Below, one piece after another: positions 17,983 to 27,849 of a DNA stretch of 64,000 nucleotides. The notes beneath the pieces were generated by a model. The model worked only from the letters and a program-made list of their open reading frames with translations, was not told the DNA's origin and did not search any database. The translations under genes and the position numbers were made by a program. Position 1 is the stretch's first letter. Each line of letters starts with the position of its first letter. Source of the stretch: an uncultured Pseudomonadales bacterium (lineage in GTDB: Bacteria > Patescibacteriota > Microgenomatia > UBA1400 > CAYXSR01); assembly GCA_964430265.1 (NCBI GenBank), contig CAYSEI010000002.1:20769-84768 (forward strand), in the 5' to 3' direction.

Positions 17983-19413
17983 TTAAGAGATACGTGGGAA
18001 AAGAGGCTTTTCAGGAGACTTTATTTGTTTTCCTGTAAACACTTTTACAATTTTTTCTGCTGTTTCAGGAAGAAAAATTTTTATTGCGGAGCTTAATTTT
18101 AGGATTTCTTCACTTAAAGATAATAACAATGTCTTCAACTCTTTTCCTTCTTTTTCCCATGGTTTTTGTTTGTCAATTCTTTTATCCAGTTTTTTTACAA
18201 TTTTCCAGGTTTCTGTAATGGCCTTGTTAAATTCATAACTTTCAATGTATTTTGAAACCTTATTTTCTGTAGTGTAATAATTATAAACTGGATCAATTCC
18301 CTTTAGTTTTGCAATCTGACAAAGTTTGGCAGTTCTTTGAACCAGGTTACCCAATCCATTGGCAAGATCGGCATTATATACTTCTTCAAAATGTTGATAT
18401 GTAAAATCTCCGTCCCTTGTAGGAGGAATTTCTTTAAGAAAATAATAGCGAACTGCGTCAGTTCCATATTTATCTACTAATTCTTTAGGACTAATCACGT
18501 TTCCCAAAGATTTACTCATTTTTTGTCCGTTTGAGTTAATGAATCCGTGAATTAGTATTTGTTTAGAATTCTTTAATCCGGCTGACATTAGCATTGCCTG
18601 CCAAATTGCGGATTGCTGTCTGAGATTGTCTTTTCCTGCAACTTGAAAAGCAGGCCACCATTTATTAAATTTATCCATATTTTCAGGCCAACCAATAGTG
18701 GAAATGTAGTTTACTAGTGCATCAAACCAGACATACATAACATGTTTAGGATCACCGGGGACCTCTATTCCCCAAGGCATTTTTTCTTTTAGGCGGGAGA
18801 TGGAAAAATCTTTTAACCCGGATTTTACAAATTTCGTAATCTCTTTTAAACGGTGTTGAGGAACCACAAATTCAGGATTTTCTTTATATAGTTCTAAAAG
18901 TTTATCTTCGTACTTTGAGAAGCGAAAAAAATAGTTTTCTTCTTTATAAATTTCAATTTCTTTATTAGGATGAAGAGGACAGCGCCCGTTTTTAAGTTCA
19001 GATTCTGTTTTTTCCATTTCACAGCCGACACAGTATTTAATTTTTTGTTTTGCTTTGTAAATATCACCTCTTTTTTTACAGATTTTCCAAAATTTTTTGG
19101 CAGCTTTTATGTGTTGTTTTTGTGTTGTTCTTATAAAATTATTAAAATCCAGATTAAGAAGCTTTTTTAGTTCTTTAAATTTTTGTGAATATTGGTCTAC
19201 AAATTCCTGCGGAGTCTGGTTTGCTTTTTCTGCTTTCCGAGTTATTTTAAGTCCGTGTTCGTCAGTTCCCGTATTAAAAAACACATTATTACCTTTTTCT
19301 TTATGGTATCTTGCCAGGACATCCGCTTGGATGATTTCTAGGGCAAAACCAATGTGGGGTTCTGCATTTACATAAGGAAGGGTAGTAGTAATATAATAAT
19401 TATTTTTACTCAT
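17983..19413 (-). CDS. metG: Methionyl-tRNA synthetase (compact)
   Basis: YITTTLPYVN..PHIGF, GTDEHG, YVWFDAL, KMSKS. Confidence 0.95.
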   Translation of the reverse strand: MSKNNYYITTTLPYVNAEPHIGFALEIIQADVLARYHKEKGNNVFFNTGTDEHGLKITRKAEKANQTPQEFVDQYSQKFKELKKLLNLDFNNFIRTTQKQHIKAAKKFWKICKKRGDIYKAKQKIKYCVGCEMEKTESELKNGRCPLHPNKEIEIYKEENYFFRFSKYEDKLLELYKENPEFVVPQHRLKEITKFVKSGLKDFSISRLKEKMPWGIEVPGDPKHVMYVWFDALVNYISTIGWPENMDKFNKWWPAFQVAGKDNLRQQSAIWQAMLMSAGLKNSKQILIHGFINSNGQKMSKSLGNVISPKELVDKYGTDAVRYYFLKEIPPTRDGDFTYQHFEEVYNADLANGLGNLVQRTAKLCQIAKLKGIDPVYNYYTTENKVSKYIESYEFNKAITETWKIVKKLDKRIDKQKPWEKEGKELKTLLLSLSEEILKLSSAIKIFLPETAEKIVKVFTGKQIKSPEKPLFPRIS

Positions 19414-19781
19414 TTGTCTCTTTTTACTATTTTATCAACTGTTTTAGTAATTTTCTTAGCCCATTCTTCTGCCCAACGTTCTGTTCTGATTTTATCAATA
19501 GCTAATTGAAAGCCTTTTTCTTTTCTGATTTTTTCCACATTGGCAATTGTAGCGCTGGAAACCTTAAGTTCTTCTTCTATTTTTTCATAAGATGCATTGT
19601 TTTCCAAATAAACTGCTATTGCCAGTCTTTTTGCGAGATTTAAAAGTTCGGTCTCAGTAAAAAAAGACTGCATGAATTTTTTTGCTTCAATGGATGAATT
19701 TAAGTCCGCTATTAACTGAAAAAGGGTATGATAAATGTAATCTTTAGTTTGTTGATCAACCTTTTTTTTAGAAATTTGCAT
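19410..19781 (-). CDS. YerC/YecD TrpR-like repressor
   Basis: FTETELLNLAKRLAIA..SYEKI..LKVSSATI HTH; GGAGG SD upstream. Confidence 0.8.
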   Translation of the reverse strand: MQISKKKVDQQTKDYIYHTLFQLIADLNSSIEAKKFMQSFFTETELLNLAKRLAIAVYLENNASYEKIEEELKVSSATIANVEKIRKEKGFQLAIDKIRTERWAEEWAKKITKTVDKIVKRDK

Positions 19782-19880
19782 AAAAACCTCCCCAACGGAC
19801 AGGCTTTAAATAAATAAACAGAAAACTTTAATTATTTAAATTAATTTATCAAAATATTACTTTAATTTCAATCTAGATAC

Positions 19881-20219
19881 TTAGTTATTTGTTTGATTAA
19901 AGTAGACTTCCAAAGCAATTATTGCGGCCAATATTAAAATTAAATTGAGAGGATTTCCCAATCCTTGACTTTGTAATACTAGATAAAAGATTATACCGCT
20001 GGTAATAATTAGACTGTGTTTTGAATCAGCCAAAATAATAGCAATTGTGAAAAAAAGAGCCAAAAAAAGATTGAGAAAAAATAAAAAGTAGGAATTTGGC
20101 AGAATCAGATTTTTTATAGTTTCTGGTTCTACAAAAAAAATCATAAAAACCTGTAAAGTCCAAAAAAGAAGAATTAAAATTAGTGTTCCTAAAAAATTCT
20201 TTCTTTTTGTATTACGCAT
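19881..20219 (-). CDS. Hypothetical 4-TM membrane protein
   Basis: Hydrophobic ORF abutting the femAB stop codon. Confidence 0.65.
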   Translation of the reverse strand: MRNTKRKNFLGTLILILLFWTLQVFMIFFVEPETIKNLILPNSYFLFFLNLFLALFFTIAIILADSKHSLIITSGIIFYLVLQSQGLGNPLNLILILAAIIALEVYFNQTNN

Positions 20220-21266
20220 TTAATTAATAAAAGGGATTTTCTTTTTTAGGTCCAGCCATTTCCAACGCAAATTGTTGAGGGTTGTATAAATTTGGTATTT
20301 TGCCGGGTCCAAAATTAGGTCATAAGTACCCACAAATTCAATTAATTGAGGCTGATAGCCTTCTTTAAAACGGTGAAACCCATACCATGGATGGTCAGGG
20401 TCGGGATTAGGTCCAAGACTGCCCCACATGTCAAAGGTATGGCAGCCGATCTTTTTACCATATTTTATTACTTCCCACATCATTAGGTTAGACGGCATTT
20501 TTTTTCTATGTTTTCTGGAAGAGGCTCCATAAGGATAATAAATTACATTATTAAAAACAAAAATAACCCAAGTAACAACAGTTTCCCCTTCACATACTGC
20601 TTTAAAAAGTCGAGCAATTCCTTTTGGTTGTAATGTTTCCCACATTTGTTTATGATATTTTTGATTGTGAGCATAAAAACCTTGTCTGGATGTAGTTTTG
20701 CCCATTAGTTTTAAATATTCTTCAAAGGCTTGATCTGAATTATCTTCAACAATCTTAACACCGTTTCTTTTGGCATAGCGGACGTTGTAGCGTGTTTTTG
20801 ATTTCATATCCATCAAAATTTCTTCTTTGTCTTTAGTTAAATCAATTTGGAAAGTATAGTGTGTAAAATGAGGTCTGCCTTTTACAGCTCCTTGTTTCTT
20901 AAAAAATTTTTGGGTTTCTTCGAATTCAGGATTTGTTTGTTTTTGATCAGCAGGCTTGCCTATGTTTGGTTCAAATTTATAAAAAATACAACTTTCCTCA
21001 TTGCCTATTTTTTTTAATGCATTGATAAAATTTTCATTTATGGCATTGCATTTAGGAACATAAGCGATCTGATAATCAACTTTTGGTAGCGGGTGTAATG
21101 TAAACTGCAAACCATTTACGATTTTATCGTTTTCAAAAGCACCCAGTCTAATTGGCATAACACCGGTCTTTTTCCTGAATTCACCCCATTCCCAAGTTTG
21201 CAATGGATGATTAACAGTTTGATTAAAAGCTTCTTTTTCTTCTGGATAAATTTTGCGGACAATCAT
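20220..21266 (-). CDS. FemAB/FemX peptidoglycan bridge aminoacyltransferase
   Basis: HPLQTWEWG, KTRYNVR, YYPYGAS, FDMWG, FKEGY, EFVGTYD. Confidence 0.9.
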   Translation of the reverse strand: MIVRKIYPEEKEAFNQTVNHPLQTWEWGEFRKKTGVMPIRLGAFENDKIVNGLQFTLHPLPKVDYQIAYVPKCNAINENFINALKKIGNEESCIFYKFEPNIGKPADQKQTNPEFEETQKFFKKQGAVKGRPHFTHYTFQIDLTKDKEEILMDMKSKTRYNVRYAKRNGVKIVEDNSDQAFEEYLKLMGKTTSRQGFYAHNQKYHKQMWETLQPKGIARLFKAVCEGETVVTWVIFVFNNVIYYPYGASSRKHRKKMPSNLMMWEVIKYGKKIGCHTFDMWGSLGPNPDPDHPWYGFHRFKEGYQPQLIEFVGTYDLILDPAKYQIYTTLNNLRWKWLDLKKKIPFIN

Positions 21267-21288
21267 ATTTATTTGATTTTAACAAGCT

Positions 21289-23106
21289 TTAAAAAAGAAA
21301 ACTAGGGTTTTCCGCCAGTTCCAGTAATTCGGGAGGTATTTCGCTGACAAACCTTGAGATTTGATTATATGTGCGGGAGCCGAAATATAGACGGTTTTGA
21401 GTATAGGTCAAAAATAGTTTTTTTCTGGCTCTAGTCATTCCTACATAACAAAGCCTTCTTTCTTCTTCGAGTTCCTCTTTATTTTTCATTGAACGTGAAT
21501 GGGGAAAAAGTCCTTCTTCCATTCCAACAATAAAAACAATATCAAATTCCAAGCCTTTAGCTGAATGCAGGGTCATTAACTTAATAGGCTCTTCTTTTTC
21601 GTTATGTTTGTCTGGAAAATATTGATTTTGTACTAAAGAAACATTTTCCAGAAAACTTTGTAGATCCGGAAATTCTATTGCTACAGATAGAAGTTCTTTA
21701 ATATTTTCAATACGAGAGTAATCTTCACTATCTTCAGGATCATATAAATCCCAATAACCGGATTTTTTCAAAACTTGATCCAGTATCTGATAAGTTTCAA
21801 TTTCTTTGTCATTGTCAATCAATTGCTTGCGAAACTTCTTGAATTTTTTAAATCTTCTTTTACCAAGTTTTTCAATTCGTTCATGCGAAACTGTATCTTT
21901 TGGATTAGCTATCAAGCGCAAATAGGCAATACAATCTTTTATTTCTTTTCTTTCATAAAAGCCGAAGCCGCCTACTAAAGAATAAGGGATGCTGTAGCGC
22001 AAGAAAGCTTCTTCTAAAGGTCGAGATTGAGCATTTGTTCGATAAAGAATTGCAATGGAAGGTTGATTATGAGTCTCACGTAATCTGTTTATTTTTTGAA
22101 TTATGAACTCTGCTTCTTTTTTTTCATTGCGTGCTTCATGGAGTTTGATCTTTTCACCGGTATTTTTATTGGTCCAAAGTTTTAAAATTGGATGTGTAGT
22201 GTTTTTATTGATTACTGCATAGGCAGCATCCAAAATGTTTTGTGTAGAACGGTAATTTCTTTCTAAATTGATTGTTTCCAAATTGGGAAAGTCTTTGTGT
22301 AATCTATTTAAATTTCGGTAATCAGCTCCGCGCCAGGCATAAATTGATTGGGAAGCATCTCCTACAACCGTGAGATTTTTCCATTTTTTTGCCAGAAGCT
22401 TTGTTAGACGGTATTGTGCTTGATTTGTGTCTTGATATTCATCAACTAAAATCCAGCGATATTGATTTTGGTATTTTCTTAGAACCTGGTCTTTTTGCTG
22501 AAAAAGTTTGACAGTTTTAAAAAGTAAATCACCAAAATCAAGCGCATTACTTTTTTTTAGTGCTTTTTGATATTGAAGGTATATTTTTGCAACTTCCTCT
22601 TCAAAGCCGGAAGAGACAAATTGTGGATATTCAAGTTCGGAAACTAATTCATTTTTGGCGGCGTTTATCATATACAAGATTTTTGAAGGGTTGTATTTTC
22701 TGGTAGAAAGATCCATTTGCTTAATAATTTGTTTCATCAATGCTTTTTGGTCATTGGTATCATAAATTACAAAGGAAGGTGGAATATCAATATTTTTTCC
22801 GTCTTTTCTCAAAATTCTTGCACCTAAGGCATGAAAAGTAGAAGCCAAGGGTGGTTTTTTTACCTTTTCTTTAACAATAATTCTTTTAATGCGTTCCTTC
22901 ATTTCACCCGCAGCTTTATTAGTAAAAGTTACCAAAAGAATTTGATTAGGATTGATTTCTTTTTCCAACACAAGCCAGACTGCACGATAAGTTAAAGTAC
23001 GGGTTTTGCCGCTACCGGCGCCTGCAAGAATAGAAAGAGGACCTTCACCGTAGGTGACTGCTTTTTTCTGTTCTTGGTTCAATTCTTTCAAAAGGTCTAG
23101 GGCCAT
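21289..23106 (-). CDS. pcrA: ATP-dependent DNA helicase PcrA/UvrD
   Basis: AGAGSGKT, TFTNKAA, VDEYQD, NYRS, TLHSAKGLEF, EERRLCYVGMTRA. Confidence 0.95.
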   Translation of the reverse strand: MALDLLKELNQEQKKAVTYGEGPLSILAGAGSGKTRTLTYRAVWLVLEKEINPNQILLVTFTNKAAGEMKERIKRIIVKEKVKKPPLASTFHALGARILRKDGKNIDIPPSFVIYDTNDQKALMKQIIKQMDLSTRKYNPSKILYMINAAKNELVSELEYPQFVSSGFEEEVAKIYLQYQKALKKSNALDFGDLLFKTVKLFQQKDQVLRKYQNQYRWILVDEYQDTNQAQYRLTKLLAKKWKNLTVVGDASQSIYAWRGADYRNLNRLHKDFPNLETINLERNYRSTQNILDAAYAVINKNTTHPILKLWTNKNTGEKIKLHEARNEKKEAEFIIQKINRLRETHNQPSIAILYRTNAQSRPLEEAFLRYSIPYSLVGGFGFYERKEIKDCIAYLRLIANPKDTVSHERIEKLGKRRFKKFKKFRKQLIDNDKEIETYQILDQVLKKSGYWDLYDPEDSEDYSRIENIKELLSVAIEFPDLQSFLENVSLVQNQYFPDKHNEKEEPIKLMTLHSAKGLEFDIVFIVGMEEGLFPHSRSMKNKEELEEERRLCYVGMTRARKKLFLTYTQNRLYFGSRTYNQISRFVSEIPPELLELAENPSFLF

Positions 23107-23146
23107 GTTAAAATCATAACGTAAAAGAATTAATCACTCAACAACA

Positions 23147-24175
23147 ATGTTTGGTAAAAAAAATAAAAGTTTAATTTATATTATCTTAGCAATTATCCTC
23201 ATCCCTCTTTTCTATTTAGGAGGACGTTTTTTATACAAAAAAATAAAAGCACCACAATTGGCTTATTCAATCATCTCTGCTGATACTTCTGTTTTGGCAT
23301 CTGACGATAACCATACTAATTTTTTAATTTTAGGCACAGGCGGAGAAAATCATACATCGGGTGATTTAACAGACACTATTATTTTTACATCGATAAATAT
23401 TAAAACAGCAGATGTTGTGATGTTATCAATTCCTCGAGATATATGGTTAAAATCTTTGAAAGCAAAAATTAATACTGCTTATCATTATGGAAATGAAAGA
23501 GGTGAGGGATTTGAATTAATAAAAGAATCCATAAAAGAAATTACGGGACAGCCTGTTCATTATTCGGTTTTAATTGATTTTCAAGGGTTTGTTGAATTAA
23601 TAGATTTATTAAATGGGATTGAAGTTGACGTGGAAAACAGCTTTGACGACTACAAATATCCAGTTCCGGGAAAAGAAAATGCGGACTGTAACGGTGATCC
23701 GGAGTATCAGTGTCGCTATCAACACCTGCATTTTGAAAAAGGATTACAGCATATGGATGGTAAAAGAGCGCTGAAGTTTGTACGTTCGCGCAATGCAGAA
23801 GGAGATGAAGGGACAGATTTTGCCCGCAGTAAAAGGCAGCAAAAAGTAATGCTGGCAATCAAAAAGAAAATCTTGTCCTATAAAACTTTATTAAATCCAC
23901 AAAAGCTTTTGGAAATCAAAAAGAATTATGAAAAAAACGTCAAAATAGAACCACAACTAGATGAAAAGGAAATGGGTGCTTTAGTATCTCTTTTTAGAAA
24001 ATTTACCAAAGAGAATAAAGACTTGCAAACAGTAAACTTAGATACAGGAACGGAAGAGAATCCGGGCTTTTTAATCAATCCTCCAATTGAAGAATATGAA
24101 CAATGGGTTTTGGTTCCCCGCAGTGGAAATTGGAAAAATTTTCATCGAGAAATAGAAGAAAAAATTTTTCAGTAG
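23147..24175 (+). CDS. LCP (LytR-CpsA-Psr) family glycopolymer transferase
   Basis: N-terminal TM, LTDTI, SIPRD, KINTAY, FVRSR, DFARSKRQQ. Confidence 0.92.
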   Translation: MFGKKNKSLIYIILAIILIPLFYLGGRFLYKKIKAPQLAYSIISADTSVLASDDNHTNFLILGTGGENHTSGDLTDTIIFTSINIKTADVVMLSIPRDIWLKSLKAKINTAYHYGNERGEGFELIKESIKEITGQPVHYSVLIDFQGFVELIDLLNGIEVDVENSFDDYKYPVPGKENADCNGDPEYQCRYQHLHFEKGLQHMDGKRALKFVRSRNAEGDEGTDFARSKRQQKVMLAIKKKILSYKTLLNPQKLLEIKKNYEKNVKIEPQLDEKEMGALVSLFRKFTKENKDLQTVNLDTGTEENPGFLINPPIEEYEQWVLVPRSGNWKNFHREIEEKIFQ

Positions 24176-24193
24176 AGAAAAACAAAATTACAA

Positions 24194-25129
24194 ATGGCGA
24201 AAAACAAAAGAAAAATAGATTTTATTGGAATTGGTGCGCCGCGCAGTGGTTCTACATGGCTGGCTCAATGCTTATATGAACATCCAGAGATTGAATTTCC
24301 CGGCAAAAATACTGCAAAAAAACTGCATCCTTTTGATAAGGAAATAAATTTTTTTTGTGAAACTCTTTTAAGAAGCAGTTATTCACAGAAAAATCGTTAT
24401 TCAAAAGGAATTGATTGGTATCTTAATTTATTTGATTGGAAAAATACTGAAAGAATAAGGGGAGAGTTTAGTGTAGGGTACTTTGCTGATAAAAAAGCTC
24501 CTAAAAGAATAAAAAAGCATTTTCCTAAAATTAAACTAATAGCTATTTTGAGAAATCCCGTTGAAATGGTGTATTCAATTTATCATCATCTTTGTGCTTT
24601 AGTACACACAGAAATGCCTAAGAATTTTGAAACAGCTCTAGAGCAAGAAAAATATAAAAAATTACGTCTGCATTGGGGATTGTATTACAAACAACTTTCA
24701 TATTATTTAAAGTTTTTTGACCAAGATCAGTTTTGTATTGTTTTATTGGATGACGTGAAAAAAAGTCCTAAAAAAGTTGTGCAGCAAGTATATTCATTTT
24801 TAAACGTTGAATCTGATTTTCAACCTTCGGTTTTAACGCAAAAAGAAAATCAAGCTGTGAGGCCTAATTCAAAAATCTTACAAAGAGTTGGTTATAAAAT
24901 GCTAAAAGCTACAGAGAAGCTAGGGTTTAAAAGTGTTCACAACGAATTAAGCAGAAATAGGTTTCTTAAATACATTTACAACAGATATAATCTTAAAAAA
25001 CACAAATATCCTCATTTAAAATTTCAAACAAGAAAAAAACTTTTTAAATACTATAAAAAAGATATTGAAAAACTTGAAGTATTATTAGATCGTTCGTTAA
25101 ACGATTGGCTAAAATATAAAACAAATTAG
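24194..25129 (+). CDS. PAPS-dependent sulfotransferase
   Basis: 5'-PSB GAPRSGSTWL, KEINFF, 3'-PB LRNPVEMVYS. Confidence 0.9.
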   Translation: MAKNKRKIDFIGIGAPRSGSTWLAQCLYEHPEIEFPGKNTAKKLHPFDKEINFFCETLLRSSYSQKNRYSKGIDWYLNLFDWKNTERIRGEFSVGYFADKKAPKRIKKHFPKIKLIAILRNPVEMVYSIYHHLCALVHTEMPKNFETALEQEKYKKLRLHWGLYYKQLSYYLKFFDQDQFCIVLLDDVKKSPKKVVQQVYSFLNVESDFQPSVLTQKENQAVRPNSKILQRVGYKMLKATEKLGFKSVHNELSRNRFLKYIYNRYNLKKHKYPHLKFQTRKKLFKYYKKDIEKLEVLLDRSLNDWLKYKTN

Positions 25130-25139
25130 AAAGGGAAAT

Positions 25140-26333
25140 TTGTTTGCAGAAATAATAATATTTATAAGCGTCTTTTTTATTTATTATATTTTAGGCAATA
25201 ATATTAATACAGGCCACGATTTTTTTGTTCCTCTTGCAGAGGCTTTTTTAAAAGGACGGCTTTATGTTAATAAAATGGCTTATGAGTTACACGAAATGGT
25301 CTCACTGGAGGAAGTAAAAACAGGGATATATAAACAGGTTGCTGACGGAAGCAAAGGAATTTTTTATGTTATTTATCCGCCAATGCCGGCAATTTTATTG
25401 ATGCCTCTTGTTTTAATTTGGGGTCAAGATTTTAACCAAAGCCTTTTTTCCATGCTTATTTGTTCTTTGAGTTCAGTTTTTGCTTTTAGACTTTTTAAAT
25501 CACTCAATTTAAGCATAAAAAAAAGCTTTTGGCTCTTAGCTCTTTTAGTCTTTGGATCAATGCAGTGGTATCACGGAACAATAGGATCCTCTTGGTATCT
25601 TTCTTTGGCATGCGCAATGCTTTTTTTATGGATAGCAATTAGTCTGACCCTAAAAAATAAATCACTTATTTTAATTGGTTTATTTTTAGGATTTGCATAT
25701 TTATCTAGGTTTTCCGTTATATTAAGCTTTCCTTTTTTCTTGATTAACACTCAAAAATTTTGGTTTAAGAAAAAAGGATTTAAAATTAAGCCATTACTTA
25801 TGTTTTTTTCGGGAATATTTTTATGTTTAGCTATTTCTTTTTTATACAATTATTTGCGTTATGGAACAATCTGGCATATTGGATATCACTTACTTGAAAA
25901 ACGTTGGTACAATATTGCAAATGAATATGCAGACGGTTCATATAGTCTGAGTTATTGGCCTCGTCACATCAAAGCTTTATTCTGGAGTTTTCCGCATAAA
26001 ATTAATGGATTTCCCTTTTTTGAACCCAATTATCATTCAATGGCAATTTGGATAGTTATGCCGGCTGTGATTTTGGCATTTTGGGCTCCCTTTAAGAAAA
26101 AGATTGTTTGGAGTAGCTGGTTAGTAATTATTTTAATTGCCTTATCACATTTTTTTCACGGCGGAGTTGGTGCAACTCAATTTGGATATCGATATGCAAT
26201 GGATTACTTTCCATTTTTATTCATTCTTTTTGTGCAGGCAATAAAAAAGAAATTTTACTGGTGGCAAAAAGTATTGATTATATTGAGTATTATTATTAAT
26301 TTGTGGGGCGTATATTTTAGTTTCTGGAGATGA
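25140..26333 (+). CDS. Putative GT-C fold membrane glycosyltransferase
   Basis: Polytopic; LAEAFLKGRL, YPPMPA, YNYLRYG, FGYRYAMD. Confidence 0.7.
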   Translation: MFAEIIIFISVFFIYYILGNNINTGHDFFVPLAEAFLKGRLYVNKMAYELHEMVSLEEVKTGIYKQVADGSKGIFYVIYPPMPAILLMPLVLIWGQDFNQSLFSMLICSLSSVFAFRLFKSLNLSIKKSFWLLALLVFGSMQWYHGTIGSSWYLSLACAMLFLWIAISLTLKNKSLILIGLFLGFAYLSRFSVILSFPFFLINTQKFWFKKKGFKIKPLLMFFSGIFLCLAISFLYNYLRYGTIWHIGYHLLEKRWYNIANEYADGSYSLSYWPRHIKALFWSFPHKINGFPFFEPNYHSMAIWIVMPAVILAFWAPFKKKIVWSSWLVIILIALSHFFHGGVGATQFGYRYAMDYFPFLFILFVQAIKKKFYWWQKVLIILSIIINLWGVYFSFWR

Positions 26334-27835
26334 AAATAAACTACAAATATTTAACTTTTGAAGTGCTAATTCTAATTTTAATTCTTGGATTACCTTTGTT
26401 GCTAATGTATCAGAGTATAGGCAAAAAAGGACCAACAATTGATGAACAAAATACATATATTCCAATAGTAGAAAATTTAATTCAAGGAAATAAATATTAA
26501 AATATATCCAAGAGCTATTTTCATCCACCATTGTCTTTTTATATTTCCTCTTTGACCTCTAAAATTTTTAAAACAAAAACATCTAGAATTACAATGTTGT
26601 CTGTTTTTATAACATTAGGAGTATTTTTTTTCTATGTTTCTAAGGCTAGCTTTAATAAGCTAACGGCTTTTTTATTATTGTTAATATATGCTTGGTTTCC
26701 GGAAATTTTAGCTCATTCTCGCTTAATAACGCCTGATATGACATTAGCATGTACGACTTTTATTTATCTTTATTTCTTATATTTGCTTTTGCAAAAGCAA
26801 AACTGGAAAAGAACTTTGTTTACGGGGCTAAGTTTAGGACTGGCTTTTATAAGTAAATATACAGCTTTAATGTTGATCCCTATCTCTTTATTATTACTTT
26901 TTGTAAATTTAATAAAACCCAAAAACAATATAAAAATGAAAATTTTTAGTTTGTTTGTAGTAATAATAACTGCTTTGTTTGTTATTAATTTCAGTTATAA
27001 TTTTCAGCAAAGTTTTTCTTTACCTGAATTTGAAAGTAGAACTTTTCAAAGATTAGAATCAAATCTTATAACTAATAAATTATTAAAAACAACACCATCT
27101 TTATATTTAAAAGGCTTAGATTTTCAACTTTATCAGTCAAGTTTGGATAATAGAAGAAATTTTTTTATGCAGCAAAGATCGTCCAAAGGAATTCCTCAAT
27201 ATTTTATTGGAACTTTTTTATTTAAAACTCCTTTACCGCTGTTAATTTTATTCTCAGCTAATATTTTATTTATAATTTTTATAAGTAAGGAAAAAAACTC
27301 TTTGCATTTTTTAATTCCGGTTTTGTTCTTTTTTGTTTACTTTAGTTTTTTTAATAATTTAAATATTGGTTTTCGTTACTTACTGATGATTTATCCATTA
27401 CTTATTTTTAGTTTAGGGGAATTTTTTGATTACATTTGCAAACAAAAAAAACAAATTTTTAAAATTATTCTTTTTTTATTGATAGCTTGGAATATATTAG
27501 AAACAATCAAAATACACCCTCATTATTTAGCTTATGCTAATCAATTAGCAGGAGGACCTCAAAATGGATATAAAATTTGGGCAGATTCTTCATTAGACTG
27601 GTTTCAAGACAATGATGCTTTTGGTAGATATTTAGACAAGAAACAGATTGATATCCCAATTGATCCACAACATCCTATTTTAGGAAAATTTGCTGTAAGT
27701 GTTTTTTCAATGAATAAAGAGAATTATTACGAATATCAGTGGTTAAGAGATTTAGAAAAAAAGCCTGTTGATCAATATGGATATACATGGTTAATTTTTG
27801 ATATAACAAAAGAAGATTTAGGGAAAATAGATTAA
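26330..27835 (+). pseudogene. ArnT/PMT-like GT-C gene interrupted by an in-frame TAA at 26498-26500
   Basis: ATG 26330 (overlapping the upstream stop) reads MKINY...GPTIDEQ...GNKY*NISKSYFHPPLSFY, in frame with the 26531-27835 ORF; the stop separates the DE motif from HPPL. Confidence 0.75.
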
Positions 27836-27849
27836 ATAAATACTAATAA

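Noticed and set aside
26498-26500. Stop-codon reassignment explaining the internal TAA
   Set aside because: TAA, TAG and TGA all terminate well-conserved genes here (e.g. rpsT, LCP gene, acyP); a single lesion does not imply recoding.
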